Source of the DNA: Heptranchias perlo
Taxonomy: Eukaryota
Assembly (NCBI RefSeq): GCF_035084215.1
Contig: NW_027139962.1
Coordinates: 257 to 64,000 of the forward strand
DNA length: 63,744 bases
Direction of reading: 5' to 3'
Position numbers and translations under genes: made by a program. Positions 36,285 through 51,320 of this stretch are shown in pieces (the stretch's first letter is position 1; each line of letters begins with the position of its first letter). A model generated the notes under the pieces. That model worked only from the letters and a program-made list of their open reading frames with translations, had not been told where the DNA came from and did no database searches.

Positions 36285-37781
36285 AATCGCGCCTCTAGCC
36301 AAGCTGTTCCAGTACAGCTACAACACTGGCTTCTACCCGACAATGTGGAAAATTGCCCAGGTATGTCCTGTCCACAAAAAGCAGGACAAATCCAATCCGG
36401 CCAATTACCACCCCATCAGCCCGCTCTCAATCATCAGCAAAGTGATGGAAGGTGTCGTCGACAGTGCTATCAAGCGGCACTTACTCACCAATAACCTGCT
36501 CACCGATGCTCAGTTTGGGTTCCGCCAGGACCACTCGGCTCCAGACCTCATTACAGCCTTGGTCCAAACATGGACAAAAGAGCTGAATTCCAGAGGTGAG
36601 GTGAGAGTGACTGCCCTTGACATCAAGGCAGCATTTGACCGAATGTGGCACCAAGGAGCTCAAGTAAAATTGAAGTCAATGGGAATCGGGGTGGAAAACT
36701 CTCCAGTAGCTGGAGTCATACCTGGCACAAAGTAAGATGGTAGTGGTTGTTGGAGGCCAATCATCTCAGCCCCAGGACATTGTTGCAGGAGTTCCTCAGG
36801 GCAGTGTCCTAGGCCCAACCATCTTCAGCTGCTTCATCAATGACCTTCCCTCCGTCATAAGGTCAGGAATGGGGATGTTCGCTGATGATTGCACAGTGTT
36901 CAGTTCCATTTGCAACCCTTCAAATAATGAAGCAGTCCGAGCCCGCATGCAGCAAGACCTGGACAACATCCAGGCTTGGGCTGATAAGTGGCAAATAACA
37001 TTCGCGCCAGATAAGTGCCAGGAAATGACCATCTCCAACAAGAGAGAGTCTAACCACCTCCCCTTGACATTCAACGGCATTACCATCGCCGAATCCCCCA
37101 CCATCAACATCCTGGGGGTCACCATTGACCAGAAACTTAACTGGACCAGCCACATAAACACTGGCTACAAGAGCAGGTCAGAGGCTGGGTATTCTGCGGC
37201 GAGTGACTCACCTCCTGACTCCCCAAAGCCTTTCCACCATCTGCAAGGCACAAGTCAGGAGTGTGATGGAATACTCTCCACTTGCCTGGATGAGTGCAGC
37301 TCCAACAACACTCAAGAAGCTTGACACCATCCAGGACAAAGCAGCCCGCTTGATTGGCACCCCATCCACTACCCTAAACATTCACTCCCTTCACCACCGG
37401 CACACCGTGGCTGCAGTGTGGACCATCCACAGGATGCACTGCAGCAACTCGCCAAGGCTTCTTCGACAGCACCTCCCAAACCCGCGACCTCTACCACCTA
37501 GAAGGACAGGGGCAGCAGGTACATGGGAACAACACCACCTGCACGTTCCCCTCCGAGTCACACACCATCCCGACTTGGAAATATATCGCCGTTCCTTCAT
37601 CGTCGCTGGGTCAAAATCCTGGAACTCCCTTCCTAACAGCACTGTGGGAGAACCTTCACCACACGGACTGCAGCGGTTCAAGAAGGCGGCTCACCACCAC
37701 CTTCTCAAGGGCAATTTGGGATGGGCAATAAATGCCGGCCTCGCCAGCGACGCCCACATCCCATGAAGGAATAAAAAAAAA
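36285..37781 (+). mobile_element. 5'-truncated non-LTR retrotransposon (RT, CR1/L2 group), inserted in a Deu SINE
   Basis: NYHPISPLS, QFGFR, LDIKAAFD, GVPQGSVLGP, FADD; frameshifts; ends AATAAAAAAAAA. Host SINE halves at 36172-36284 and 37782-38170 (-). Confidence 0.88.
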
Positions 37782-38276
37782 CACGGCAGCCAATTTGTGC
37801 ACAGCAAGATCCCACAATCAGCAATGAGATAATGACCAGATCATCTTTTTTTTTAGTGATGTTGGTTGAGGGATAAATATCGGCCTCAGGAAACCGGGGA
37901 GAACTCCCCCCACCCCCCCCCCTGCTCTTCTTCCAATAGTGGCCGTGGGATCTTTTACGCCCACCTGAAAGGGCGGACGGGGCCCTCGGTTTAACGTCTC
38001 ATCCGAAAGTCAGCACCTCCGGCAGTGCAGCACTCCCTCGGGACCGCCCCTCCGACAGTGCAACCGGGGAGTGTCAGCCTGGATTATGGGGATCGAGTCT
38101 GTGGAGTGCGTCGGGCTCGAACCCACGACCTCCTGACTACGAGGGGAGGGAGCTACCCACTGAGCCACAGGCAGACTGTTGGCCGTGTCTGCGTGGCCGG
38201 AGTAAGATCCTAACCTGAACCAGAACCGGGGTCAGATTTGCCTGCAAACCCTCTCCATTTGCTTTTTGTTTTGTAG

Positions 38277-38387
38277 AAAAGTTCCCGCTACCTTCTCAAA
38301 GAGCTGCCGGTGCGGATCGCGCATCGAATCAAGGGAATCAGAAACCTCCCCTTCATCGTGGGCTGCAACCCGACGATCCTGCAGGTG
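38277..38387 (+). CDS. BCKDK: BCKDK coding exon 3
   Basis: [45 protein letters not shown] flanked. Confidence 0.94.
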
Positions 38388-38529
38388 GTGAGTATTCTGT
38401 TCCGTGCTTGAGCATTATCCCGAATCCCGGAGTCAGCGAACCCGAGACCTCACGCCTCTGTACGCCTTTAGTATCGCACCTGGGCCAGTGCATTTAAGCG
38501 ATGCCGTTATTAAAACGTACAGGACCCAG

Positions 38530-39115
38530 AGCACAAAAGCAAGGCAGTTATGCTAAACCTTTTTATAAATCACTGGTTCGGCCCCGGCTGGTGTATTAAG
38601 TCCCGATTCTGGGCACCACACTTTAGGAAGGATGTCCAGGCCTTGGAGAGGGTGCAGAGGAGATTTACTGGAATGGTACCAGGGATGAGGGACTTCAGTT
38701 ATGTGGAGAGACTGGAGAAGCTGGGGTTGTTCTCCTCAGAGCAGAGAAGGTTAAGGGGAAATTTAATCGAGGGGTTCAAAATCATGAAGGGGTTTTGATC
38801 GAGTGAATAAGGAGAAACTGTTTCCAGTGGCGGGAGGGTCGGTGACCAGAGGACACAGATTTAAGATAATCGGGAAAAGAACCAGAGGGGGGAGATGAGA
38901 ATGTTTTTTTACGCAGCGAGTTGTGATGATCTGGAATGCGCTGCCTGAAAGGGCGGTGGAAGCAGATTCAATAATAACTTTCAAAAGGGAATTGGATAAA
39001 TACTTGAAGGGAAAAATTTGCAGGGCTACGGGGAAAGAGCAGGAGAGTGGGACTAATTTGGATAGCTCTTTCAAAAAGCCAGCACAGGCATGATGGGCCG
39101 AATGGCCTCCTCTTT
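38530..39115 (+). mobile_element. CR1 3' fragment
   Basis: FWAPHFRKDVQALERVQRRFT..; ends CAGGGCTACGGGGAAAGAGCAGGAGAGTGGGACTAA. Confidence 0.85.
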
Positions 39116-39715
39116 GATATTCTTACTGTGATATTGCTCCCCCCACCCGCATCGTCAACTTTCCCTCTACTCCCCGACAGACTGAGAGCTGTAAGTGACT
39201 GGATTATATTCCTGAGCCCGTTCCTCCAGTCCACCAGAGAATTCAGTCGGAGCTAGCTCACTGGTCATGTCTTTCTCTGTTACGGGCAGCCCGTATCCAT
39301 ACGCCCCACCAGAGCGAGAGAGACAAAGAGTCTCCCAACCCTCTGTGAGTGCGGCCCAACGAACTGTCAAAAGTTACGGTGATCGAAGTCCCTCCTCTTT
39401 GATGTGGGAGCCAAAGGCCCCTGAGCCTGTTCAGCTAAGCCCCCTGCTGGGTGCACTGAATGATAACCACTCTTGGCTGTTCGGGTGTCTGAAAGGTACA
39501 CTCAACAAAAATCCTCATTGGGGACCCAAGACCAAGATTGGTAGATTTTGGATGTCAAGGGATATCGAGCAACGGCGGGTAAATGGGGTTGAGGTACAGA
39601 TCTGACCGACCAGCGGAGCAGGCTCGAGGGGCTGAACAGCCTGCTCCTGCTCCTACGTAAAAACTCTTGCCTCCTCGTGTCAATTGGTGTCTGACCTGTT
39701 CTCCTCCTCTTGCAG

Positions 39716-39763
39716 CACGAGCTCTACATTCGAGCCTTCCAGAAACTGAGCGACTTTCCCCCG
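39716..39763 (+). CDS. BCKDK: BCKDK coding exon 4
   Basis: HELYIRAFQKLSDFPP, AG/GTGAGT flanked. Confidence 0.94.
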
Positions 39764-39971
39764 GTGAGTACAGAGACGTAATCCAGTAACAGAGGTGTGT
39801 TGGCAGATCCCCGTGGCATTGCTCGTGGTGCATGTAGGGGTGCGACCCTTCCAGCGAATGCATAGTAGACGCATGTCCTTTCGGTAGAGGGAACGGGATC
39901 TCTAATCGCGGCCCGCTTTGTTCATGTGTGCGCAGTCACTGAATCCCCGTGTCCCGGGTCTTCCTGTCCCT

Positions 39972-41390
39972 TAAGAACATAAGAAACAGGAGCAGGAGTA
40001 GGCCATTCGGCCCCTCGAGCCTGCTCCGCCATTCGATCAGATCACGGTTGATCTTCGACCTCAATTCCACTTTCCCGCCCGATCCCCGTATCCCTTGATT
40101 CCCTGAGAGTCCAGAAATCCATCGATCTCAACCTTGAATTTTCTCAATGACTGAGCATCCACAGCCCTCTGGGGTAGAGAATTCCAAAGATTCACCACCC
40201 TCTGAGTGAAGAAATTCCTCCTCATCTCAGTCTTGGATGGCCGACTCCTTATTCAGAGACTATGCCCCCTAGTTCTAGACTCTCCAGCTAGGGGAAACAT
40301 CCTCTCAGCATCTACCCTGTCAAGCCCCCCTCAGAATCTGATATGTTTCAATGAGATCACCTCTCATTCTTCTAAACTTCAGAGAGTATCAGCCCGTTCT
40401 ACTCAACCTCTCCTTATAGGACAACCCTCTCATCCCAGGAATCAATCTAATGAACCTTCATTGCACTCCCTCCAAGGCAAGTATATCCTTCCTTGGATAA
40501 GGAGACCAAAACTGTGCACAGTGTTCCAGTTGAGGTCTCACCAAAGCCCTGTACAATTGCAGCAAGACTTCCTTACTCTAAAACACCAACCCCCTTTGCA
40601 ATGAAGGCCAAGATATCATTTCCCTTCCTAATTTCTTGGCGTACCTAGAATCATAGAAGTTTACAACATGGAAACAGGCCCTTCGGCCCAACATGTCCAT
40701 GTCGCCCAGTTTATACCACTAAGCTAGTCCCAATTGCCTGCACTTGGCCCATATCCCTCGATACCCATCTTACCCATGTAACTGTCCAAATGCTTTTTAA
40801 AAGACAAAATTGTACCCGCCTCTACTACTGCCTCTGGCAGCTCGTTCCAGACACTCACCACCCTTTGAGTGAAAAAATTGCCCCTCTGGACCCTTTTGTA
40901 TCTCTCCCCTCTCACCTTAAATCTATGCCCCCTCGTTATAGACTCCCCGACCTTTGGGAAAAGATTTTGACTATCTACCTTATCTATGCCCCTCATTATT
41001 TTATAGACTTCTATAAGATCACCCCTAAACCTCCTACTCTCCAGGGAAAAATGTCCCAGTCTATCCAACCCCTCCCTATAAGTCAAACCATCAAGTCCCG
41101 GTAGCATCCTAGTAAATCTTTTCTGCACTCCTTCTAGTTTAATAATATCCTTTCTATAATAGGGTGACCAGAACTGCACACAGTATTCCAAGTGTGGCCT
41201 TACTAATGTCTTGTACAACTTCAACAAGACATCCCAACTCCTGTATTCAATGTTCTGACCAATGAAACCAAGCATGCTGAATGCCTTCTTCACCACCCTA
41301 TCCACCTGTGACTCCACTTTCAAGGAGCTATGAACCTGTACTCCTAGATCATGTTAACTTTCTGTGTTTCCTGTACAAATCCCTCCGAAC
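39972..41390 (-). mobile_element. Nested CR1 fragments (40647-41350 inside 39972-41390)
   Basis: Two CR1 3' ends; the inner one keeps a 199-aa open frame; the outer appears to resume at ~41351. Confidence 0.82.
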
Positions 41391-41482
41391 GCCAGCATTT
41401 CTTTGTCTCTCACCTTTTTCTTTCGGAAAGAAAAAAATTCTGCTTCTCTATATTCTTCCTGACAAACCTCTCCCTCACCCAG

Positions 41483-41602
41483 ATTAAGAACAGCGAGGTG
41501 GAGGGTCAGTACTGCCGGCTGCTGCAGCAGCTCCTCGACGACCACAAGGACGTGGTGACCCTACTGGCCGAGGGCTTCCGGGAGAGCCGCAGACACGTCA
41601 AG
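41483..41602 (+). CDS. BCKDK: BCKDK coding exon 5
   Basis: [47 protein letters not shown] flanked. Confidence 0.94.
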
Positions 41603-41807
41603 GTGAGCTGCCGGAGCAGGAAAGGTCCAGGCTGCGCCTCCGGCCTGGTGCTGAACCGGCCGACCTCGCCCCGTGTGGGGCTGGAGCGGGAAGCCGAGAA
41701 ATCGGGGGGGGATTCGGGTGCGGTAATTCAGAGCCTGTCGCTCTCCTTAACTGGCTGACGGTTTCTTCTCCCTCCCCACCCCCCCCCCCCGCCAATCTCT
41801 TTTTTAG

Positions 41808-41906
41808 GACGAGGCAGTGATTCGATTGTTCCTGGATAAGACACTGACGTCACGGCTGGGAATTCGGATGCTGGCCTCTCACCATCTGGCACTCCACGAG
41901 GACAGG
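41808..41906 (+). CDS. BCKDK: BCKDK coding exon 6
   Basis: [40 protein letters not shown] flanked. Confidence 0.94.
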
Positions 41907-42048
41907 GTAAGCACAGCGGCTCCACGCGGCGGGGGAGGGCGAGTTTAACTGGGCGTCCGCCGCCTACTGCAGTCGAGTAGCTGCTTCATCGGCCACGGGT
42001 TAACCCTGGCCCAAAGGCAGCTGATTATGCGTAGAAAGCACGAGGTTC

Positions 42049-43464
42049 CCTCCCATTCACTCCCACCGGACACAATCCCAACGGACCCGACCCCTTCCCA
42101 TTCACTCCCACCGGACACAATCCCAACGGACCCGACCCCTTCCCATTCACTCCCACCGGACACAATCCCAACGGACCCGACCCCTTCCCATTCACTCCCA
42201 CTGGACACAATCCCAATGGACCCGACCCCTTCCCCTTCACTCCCACTGTACACAATCCCAATGGACCCGACCCCTTCCCGTTCACTCCCACTGTACACAA
42301 TCCCAATGGACCTGACCCCTTCCCCTTCACTCCCACTGTACACAATCCCAATGGACCCGACCCCTTCCCCTTCACTCCCACTGTACACAATCCCAATGGA
42401 CCCGACCCCTTCCCCTTCACTCCCACTGTACACAATCCCAATGGACCCGACCCCTTCCTATTCACTCCCACTGTACACAATCCCAATGGACCCGACCCCT
42501 TCCCATTCACTCCCACTGTACACAATCCCAATGGACCCGACCCCTTCCCCTTCACTCCCACCGTACACAATCCCAATGGACCCGACCCCTTCCCCTTCAC
42601 TCCCACTGTACACAATCCCAATGGACCCGACCCCTTCCCATTCACTCCCACTGTACACAATCCCAATGGACCCGACCCCTTCCCGTTCACTCCCACTGTA
42701 CACAATCCCAATGGACCCGACCCCTTCCCGTTCACTCCCACTGTACACAATCCCAATGGACCCGACCCCTTCCCGTTCACTCCCACTGTACACAATCCCA
42801 AGGGACCCGACCCCTTCCCGTTCACTCCCACTGTACACAATCCCAATGGACCCGACCCCTTCCCATTCACTCCCACTGTACACAATCCCAATGGACCCGT
42901 CCCCTTCCCGTTCACTCCCACTGTACACAATCCCAATGGACCCGTCCCCTTCCCGTTCACTCCCACTGTACACAATCCCAATGGACCCGACCCCTTCCCA
43001 TTCACTCCCACTGTACACAATCCCAATGGACCCGACCCCTTCCCGTTCACTCCCACTGTACACAATCCCAATGGACCCGACCCCTTCCCGTTCACTCCCA
43101 CTGTTCACAATCCCAATGGACCCGACCCCTTCCCATTCACTCCCCACTGTACACAATCCCAATGGACCCGACCCCTTCCCGTTCACTCCCACTGTACACA
43201 ATCCCAATGGACCCGACCCCTTCCCATTCACTCCCACTGTACACAATCCCAATGGACCCGACCCCTTCCCGTTCACTCCCACTGTGCACAATCCCAATGG
43301 ACCCGACCCCTTCCCGTTCACTCCCACTGTACACAATCCCAATGGACCCGACCCCTTCCCATTCACTCCCACTGTACACAATCCCAATGGACCCGACCCC
43401 TTCCCGTTCACTCCCACTGTACACAATCCCAATGGACCCGACCCCTTCCCGTTCACTCCCACTG
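42049..43464. repeat. 45-bp minisatellite (~31 copies), BCKDK intron 6
   Basis: Unit CCCTTCCCRTTCACTCCCACTGTACACAATCCCAATGGACCCGAC. Confidence 0.94.
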
Positions 43465-43616
43465 CACCAGATCGTCTAATGAGATTGGGCTGGGGTGGGA
43501 AATTGGAACTGTGCTCTCTGCGAGACGCAGTGTGTGGGATCTGTCTCTGCCGGCGGCTCCCTCCCTCCCTCCCTCCCTCCCTCCCTCCCAAAGCCAGACG
43601 GTGGGCCGTCCTCTAA

Positions 43617-43715
<99 letters not shown>

Positions 43716-44134
43716 TGATGTCACTGTGTTGCGGGGGTCGGGGTGGGGGTCCGTCTCCCGCTTTCTCCCCCCGTCTCGCCCTCTGTGCTGCCCCCCCCCC
43801 ACCTCCCCCGGTCCCGCCATTTGTGGCGTCCATGCTCCCACACTCCCGTCCTTCACGCGCGCGCGTGGCGACGGCGAGCTCTCGGGTCCGTGTTCAAGCC
43901 CGACAGCCACGCACGCCCACCTCCTGCTGCTTGTAACCGAGGTCCCTCCGGTTGGGCCCCTCCAACCAACCATCCTAGTGCAGTACTGACCTCCGAGCAG
44001 CAGGTGGCGCTCTTTCCGCACCAGGGCTGAATTCATGAGACGGTCCTGGAGCACCATCTTGGCGACCCAGAAGGAGCAACGACACCTTGGGTTTTGGCCC
44101 CCCCTCCCACCTCTCCAATATGGGAACAAGAGCG

Positions 44135-44760
44135 ACAAGTTTGCATTTATATAGCGCCTTTAACGTAGCGATACGTCCCCGAGGCGCATGACGGGTGCGA
44201 TTATCAAACAGAATTTGACATCGTGCCACGCGAAGCTGCCCCGTCCGAATATCTCCTCGTCAAAGAGGGAGGTTGTAAGGCGCTCAGGGCCCGAACGGCC
44301 GCCAACGGTGGGGCGAAGGGAACGGGGGTCGGGGGGGGGTGGATGGACAAGAGGCCCGAATTGGAGGAGGGCAGAGATCTCGGAGGGTTGTCGGGGCTGG
44401 AGGAGGTTGCAGAGACAGGGAGGGAGGGGGAGCGAGGGGCCACGGAGGGGATTTGAACAGGAGGATGGAGAATTTTAAAATCGAGGCGTTCCCGGCCCGG
44501 GAGCCAGTGGCGGTCCAGCGAGCACGGGGAGGGGGGGTGATGGGTGAACGGGACTCGGTGCGAGTTAGGATACGGGGGCAGCAGATGAGTTGATGGCTAC
44601 GGAGGGTGCGAGGTTGGAGGCCGGGCCAGGAGAGCATTGGGATAGTCGGAGTCTGGAGGAGACGAAGGGCACGGGGTGAGGGTTTCAGCAGCGGATGAGC
44701 TGAGGCAGGGGGCGGAGACGGGCAATGTTACGGAGGTGGGAGTAGGCGGTCTCGGTGATG
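44135..44760 (-). mobile_element. L2-like LINE 3' fragment
   Basis: Minus strand PITP..(H)WL..FKI..LLFKS-like degenerate reading; tail AGGCGCTATATAAATGCAA. Confidence 0.6.
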
Positions 44761-44947
44761 GGGCGGACTTTTTTCTCATAACTTCTCCGGGTCCCAGTGC
44801 CCCTTTGTTACCCGACGGGCGTTTACAGCGGGGGCGCAGAGAGACTTGTGACACGAGCGGCACGGGGGAATAGAGGAGGGGCTGGTAGGGTCGTTCAGGA
44901 TGGGTCTGATGTGAATCAATCTTCGCTGTGCTTGAAATGTACGCTGA

Positions 44948-45956
<1,009 letters not shown>

Positions 45957-46200
45957 ATCAGCCAGGGTTCCTGCTCCTATTCACTGTCCGTTGACCCCCT
46001 GCTGCAAAGTGTGTGCCGGGGAGCAGGTTGAATGCTGGATCGGGGCTCGGTGGTGATGCCCCCCTTGGTCGAAGCTTGTGCCTTTTGGTGGGGGGGTGAT
46101 GTTGGTCGGTCACAGAGGGGCTGGCTCCCAGAGTGGGGGAGAGAGAGAGAGAGCGTGAGAGATGGAAGGAGTGAAATGTGATGTGCCTGTCTTGGTGCAG

Positions 46201-46290
46201 GGCAACGATGGAGAGTCACCTCGACACACCTTATAATGTGCCGGACATTGTGGTGACAATCGCGAATAACGACATCGACTTCATTATCCG
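46201..46290 (+). CDS. BCKDK: BCKDK coding exon 9
   Basis: [29 protein letters not shown](R), AG/GTAAG flanked. Confidence 0.94.
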
Positions 46291-46353
46291 GTAAGGACCT
46301 CCGTCATCAGCGTTCCAAACTCAGCAACCGGGGGCTTAACGTTTGGGATATTC

Positions 46354-48330
46354 TCAGTAACCCCTCTCCCCCCAGCGCCCTGTGTTACTGACTGTATCTC
46401 TACTGATGTTAATCCCTCTCCCTCACACTCACTCAGTAACCCCTCTCCCCCCAGCGCCCTGTGTTACTGACTGTATCTCTACTGATGTTAATCCCTCTCC
46501 CTCACACTGTCACTCAGTAACCCCTCTCCCCCCAGCGCCCTGTGTTACTGACTGTATCTCTACTGATGTTAATCCCTCTCCCTCACACTGTCACTCAGTA
46601 ACCCCTCTCCCCCAGCGCCCTGTGTTACTGACTGTATCTCTACTGATGTTAATCCCTCTCCCTCACACTGTCACTCAGTAACCCCTCTCCCCCCAGCGCC
46701 CTGTGTTACTGACTGTATCTCTACTGATGTTAATCCCTCTCCCTCACACTGTCACTCAGTAACCCCTCTCCCCCCAGCGCCCTGTGTTACTGACTGTATC
46801 TCTACTGATGTTAATCCCTCTCCCTCACACTGTCACTCAGTAACCCCTCTCCCCCCAGCGCCCTGTGTTACTGACTGTATCTCTACTGATGTTAATCCCT
46901 CTCCCTCACACTGTCACTCAGTAACCCCTCTCCCCCAGCGCCCTGTGTTACTGACTGTATCTCTACTGATGTTAATCCCTCTCCCTCACACTGTCACTCA
47001 GTAACCCCTCTCCCCCCAGCGCCCTGTGTTACTGACTGTATCTCTACTGATGTTAATCCCTCTCCCTCACACTGTCACTCAGTAACCCCTCTCCCCCCAG
47101 CGCCCTGTGTTACTGACTGTATCTCTACTGATGTTAATCCCTCTCCCTCACACTGTCACTCAGTAACCCCTCTCCCCCCAGCGCCCTGTGTTACTGACTG
47201 TATCTCTACTGATGTTAATCCCTCTCCCTCACACTGTCACTCAGTAACCCCTCTCCCCCCAGCGCCCTGTGTTACTGACTGTATCTCTACTGATGTTAAT
47301 CCCTCTCCCTCACACTGTCACTCAGTAACCCCTCTCCCCCCAGCGCCCTGTGTTACTGACTGTATCTCTACTGATGTTAATCCCTCTCCCTCACACTGTC
47401 ACTCAGTAACCCCTCTCCCCCAGCGCCCTGTGTTACTGACTGTATCTCTACTGATGTTAATCCCTCTCCCTCACACTGTCACTCAGTAACCCCTCTCCCC
47501 CCAGCGCCCTGTGTTACTGACTGTATCTCTACTGATGTTAATCCCTCTCCCTCACACTGTCTCTCAGTAACCCCTCTCCCCCCAGCGCCCTGTGTTACTG
47601 ACTGTATCTCTACTGATGTTAATCCCTCTCCCTCACACTGTCACTCAGTAACCTCTCTCCCCCCAGCGCCCTGTGTTACTGACTGTACCTCTACTGATGT
47701 TAATCCCTCTCCCTCACACTGTCACTCAGTAACCCCTCTCCCCCCAGCGCCCTGTGTTACTGACTGTATCTCTACTGATGTTAATCCCTCTCCCTCACAC
47801 TGTCACTCAGTAACCCCTCTCCCCCCAGCGCCCTGTGTTACTGACTGTATCTCTACTGATGTTAATCCCTCTCCCTCACACTGTCACTCAGTAACCCCTC
47901 TCCCCCCAGCGCCCTGTGTTACTGACTGTATCTCTACTGATGTTAATCCCTCTCCCTTACACTGTCACTCAGTAACCCCTCTCCCCCAGCGCCCTGTGTT
48001 ACTGACTGTATCTCTACTGATGTTAATCCCTCTCCCTCACACTGTCACTCAGTAACCCCTCTCCCCCCAGCGCCCTGTGTTACTGACTGTATCTCTACTG
48101 ATGTTAATCCCTCTCCCTCACACTGTCTCTCAGTAACCCCTCTCCCCCCAGCGCCCTGTGTTACTGACTGTATCTCTACTGATGTTAATCCCTCTCCCTC
48201 ACACTGTCTCTCATTAACCCCTCTCCCCCCAGCGCCCTGTGTTACTGACTGTATCTCTACTGATGTTAATCCCTCTCCCTCACACTGTCACTCAGTAACC
48301 CCTCTCTCCCCCCAGCGCCCTGTGGTACTG
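46354..48330. repeat. 81-bp minisatellite (~24 near-identical copies), BCKDK intron 9
   Basis: Unit CAGTAACCCCTCTCCCCCCAGCGCCCTGTGTTACTGACTGTATCTCTACTGATGTTAATCCCTCTCCCTCACACTGTCACT. Confidence 0.94.
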
Positions 48331-49082
48331 AAATTAAAACAGAAAATACTGGAGAAGCTCAGCGAGTCAGGCAGCATCTGTGGAGAAAGAAACAGAGTTA
48401 ATATTTCAGATCGAAGACCTGTTGTCAGAACTGGAAGATGTTACAGTTTTTAAGCTAGTACAGAGCCCGGGAAAGGCGGAGGGAGGGGAGGAAAGAAGAA
48501 AAGGGAAGGTCTGTGATAGGGTGGAGGGCAGGAGTGATTAAATGACAAAAGGGATAATGTGCGAGGCACGGAGGGCGGGAATGGGACAGGTTAAGAAACA
48601 AAAGATGGGTCTGGAGTAGCTGTAAACGGCAACAGCAGAACAATTACCAGCACCCACTGCCCGAGGAAACGGGAGCAGTGGTTCTGACCTGAAGTGACTG
48701 AAATCAGTGTTGAGTCCGGAAGGTTGTAAAGTGCCCAATGGAAACATGAGCTGCTGCTCCTCCAGCTTCCGTTGAGCTTCACCGGAACAGGGTAAGAGGC
48801 CGAGGACAGAGAGGGAGTGGGACGGGGAATTAAAATGGCGGGCGACCGGCAGGTCGGGGTCACGATTGCGGACAGAGCGGAGGCGTCCAGCAAAGCGATC
48901 GCCCGGTCTGCGTTTGGCGTCCCCCGCGGAGAGGAGACCGCCTCGTGAGCGGCGGATACGGTGCAGTGAATTGAAAGGAGTACCGGTAAAACCACTGCTT
49001 CACCCGGAAGGAGTGTTTGGGGCCCTGGACGGTGGGAAGGGAGGAGGTGAACGGGCAGGTGTGTTGCAGACTGTACTTGATA
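48331..49082 (-). mobile_element. Decayed Penelope-like element (GIY-YIG endonuclease end)
   Basis: Minus strand reads GDAKRRPGDRFAGRLRSVR..LPVARHFNS and FPLGTLQPSGLN, degenerate forms of YIGETKRRLGDRFAEH and LGTLQPSGLN. Confidence 0.72.
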
Positions 49083-49084
49083 AA

Positions 49085-49450
49085 ATAAGTCTTGCGTTTC
49101 TATAGCACCTTTCACGACCACAGGACGTCCCAGTGCACATTTTTGAAGTCTGGTCACTGTTGTAATGTGGGAAACGCGGCAGCCAATTTGCGCACAGCAA
49201 GATCCCACAAACAGCGATGTGAGAATGACCCAGGTCATCTGTTTTTATTTGGTGATGTTGGTCGAGGGATAAATATCGGCCCCAGGACACCGGGGAGAAC
49301 TCCCCCCCCCCCCCTGCTCTTCTTCCAATAGTGTTAGTGTCCACCAGAGAGGGCCTCGGTTTAACGCCTCATCTGAGAGACGTCGCAGCCCCTCCCTCAG
49401 CGCTGGCCCTCCGACGCGCAGCCCCTCCCTCAGCGCTGGCCCTGCGACAG
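49085..49450 (-). mobile_element. Deu-domain SINE
   Basis: Tail and core as in the other copies. Confidence 0.78.
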
Positions 49451-49643
49451 TACACGTGAGCAGCTCTCTGGGTGACGGGGCCTGCTTCCTGTGCTAGCCC
49501 GATGTCTCCCACCAGACCTACGGCTGGGTTCCCCTGGCCACAGTGGTAGATTGGGCAGCTTCCAGCTCTCGACGTGATGGTTCAGACAGAATCCAGCCCC
49601 TTAATAATTCCCCCCGCTCTCTCTCTCTCTCTCTCGATGACAG

Positions 49644-49805
49644 CATTTCAGACCGAGGAGGTGGGATCCCGCACCAGAGTCTGGAGAAAGTCATGGATTA
49701 CCATTTCAGCACGGCAGAATCCAGCAGTCGGGAGTCACAGAATAACACCATCCTGGGGAACATGGTGGATATGGTGAACAGCGGGCAGTCCAGTCCCATG
49801 CATGG
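49644..49805 (+). CDS. BCKDK: BCKDK coding exon 10 (G1 box)
   Basis: ISDRGGGIPHQSLEKVMDYHFSTAESSSRESQNNTILGNMVDMVNSGQSSPMH(G); DxGxG motif. Confidence 0.94.
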
Positions 49806-49839
49806 GTATGTGTATCGCAGTCTCTCTCGCTCTCCATTC

Positions 49840-50916
49840 TACACAATCCCAATGGACCCGACCCCTTCCCCTTCACTCCCACCGTACACAATCCCAATGG
49901 ACCCGACCCCTTCCCATTCACTCCCACTGTAAACAATCCCAATGGACCCGACCCCTTCCCATTCACTCCCACTGTACACAATCCCAATGGACCCGACCCC
50001 TTCCCATTCACTCCCACTGTAAACAATCCCAATGGACCCGACCCCTTCCCCTTCACTCCCCACTGTACACAATCCCAATGGACCCGACCCCTTCCCGTTC
50101 ACTCCCACTGTACACAATCCCAATGGACCCGACCCCTTCCCATTCACTCCCACTGGACACGGCCCCAATGGACCCGACCCCTTCCCATTCACTCCCACTG
50201 TACACAATCCCAATGGACCCGACCCCTTCCCCTTCACTCCCCACTGTACACAATCCCAATGGACCCGACCCCTTCCCCTTCACTCCCACTGTACACAATC
50301 CCAATGAACCCGACCCTTTCCCCTTCACTCCCACTGTACACAATCCCAATGGACCCGACCCCTTCCCGTTTACTCCCACTGTACACAATCCCAATGGACC
50401 CGACCCCTTCCCCTTCACTCCCACCGTACACAATCCCAATGGACCCGACCCCTTACCCTTCACTCCCACCGTACACAATCCCAATGGACCCGACCCCTTC
50501 CCCTTCACTTGCACTGTACACAATCCCAATGGACCCGACCCTTTCCCATTCACTCCCACTGTACACAATCCCAATGGACCCGACCCCTTCCCATTCACTC
50601 CGACTGTACACAATCCCAATGGTCCCGACCCCTTCCCGTTCACTCCCACTGTACACACTCCCAATGGACCCGACCCCTTCCCATTCACTCCCACTGTACA
50701 CAATCCCAATGGACCCGACCCCTTCCCATTCACTCCCACTGTACACAATCCCAATGGACCCGACCCCTTCCCCTTCACTACCACTGTAAACAATCCCAAT
50801 GGACCCGACCCCTTCCCGTTCACTCCCACTGTACACAATCCCAATGGACCCGACCCTTTCCCATTCACTCCCACTGTGCACAATCCCAATGGACCCGACC
50901 CATTCCCATTCACTCA
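49840..50916. repeat. 45-bp minisatellite (~24 copies), BCKDK intron 10
   Basis: Same unit and orientation as 42049-43464. Confidence 0.94.
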
Positions 50917-50924
50917 TGGAGTGA

Positions 50925-51320
<396 letters not shown>

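Noticed and set aside
42025-43616. Mucin- or collagen-like repeat proteins (358-529 aa)
   Set aside because: The 45-bp intronic unit is stop-free in several frames on both strands and lies between phase-matched BCKDK exons.
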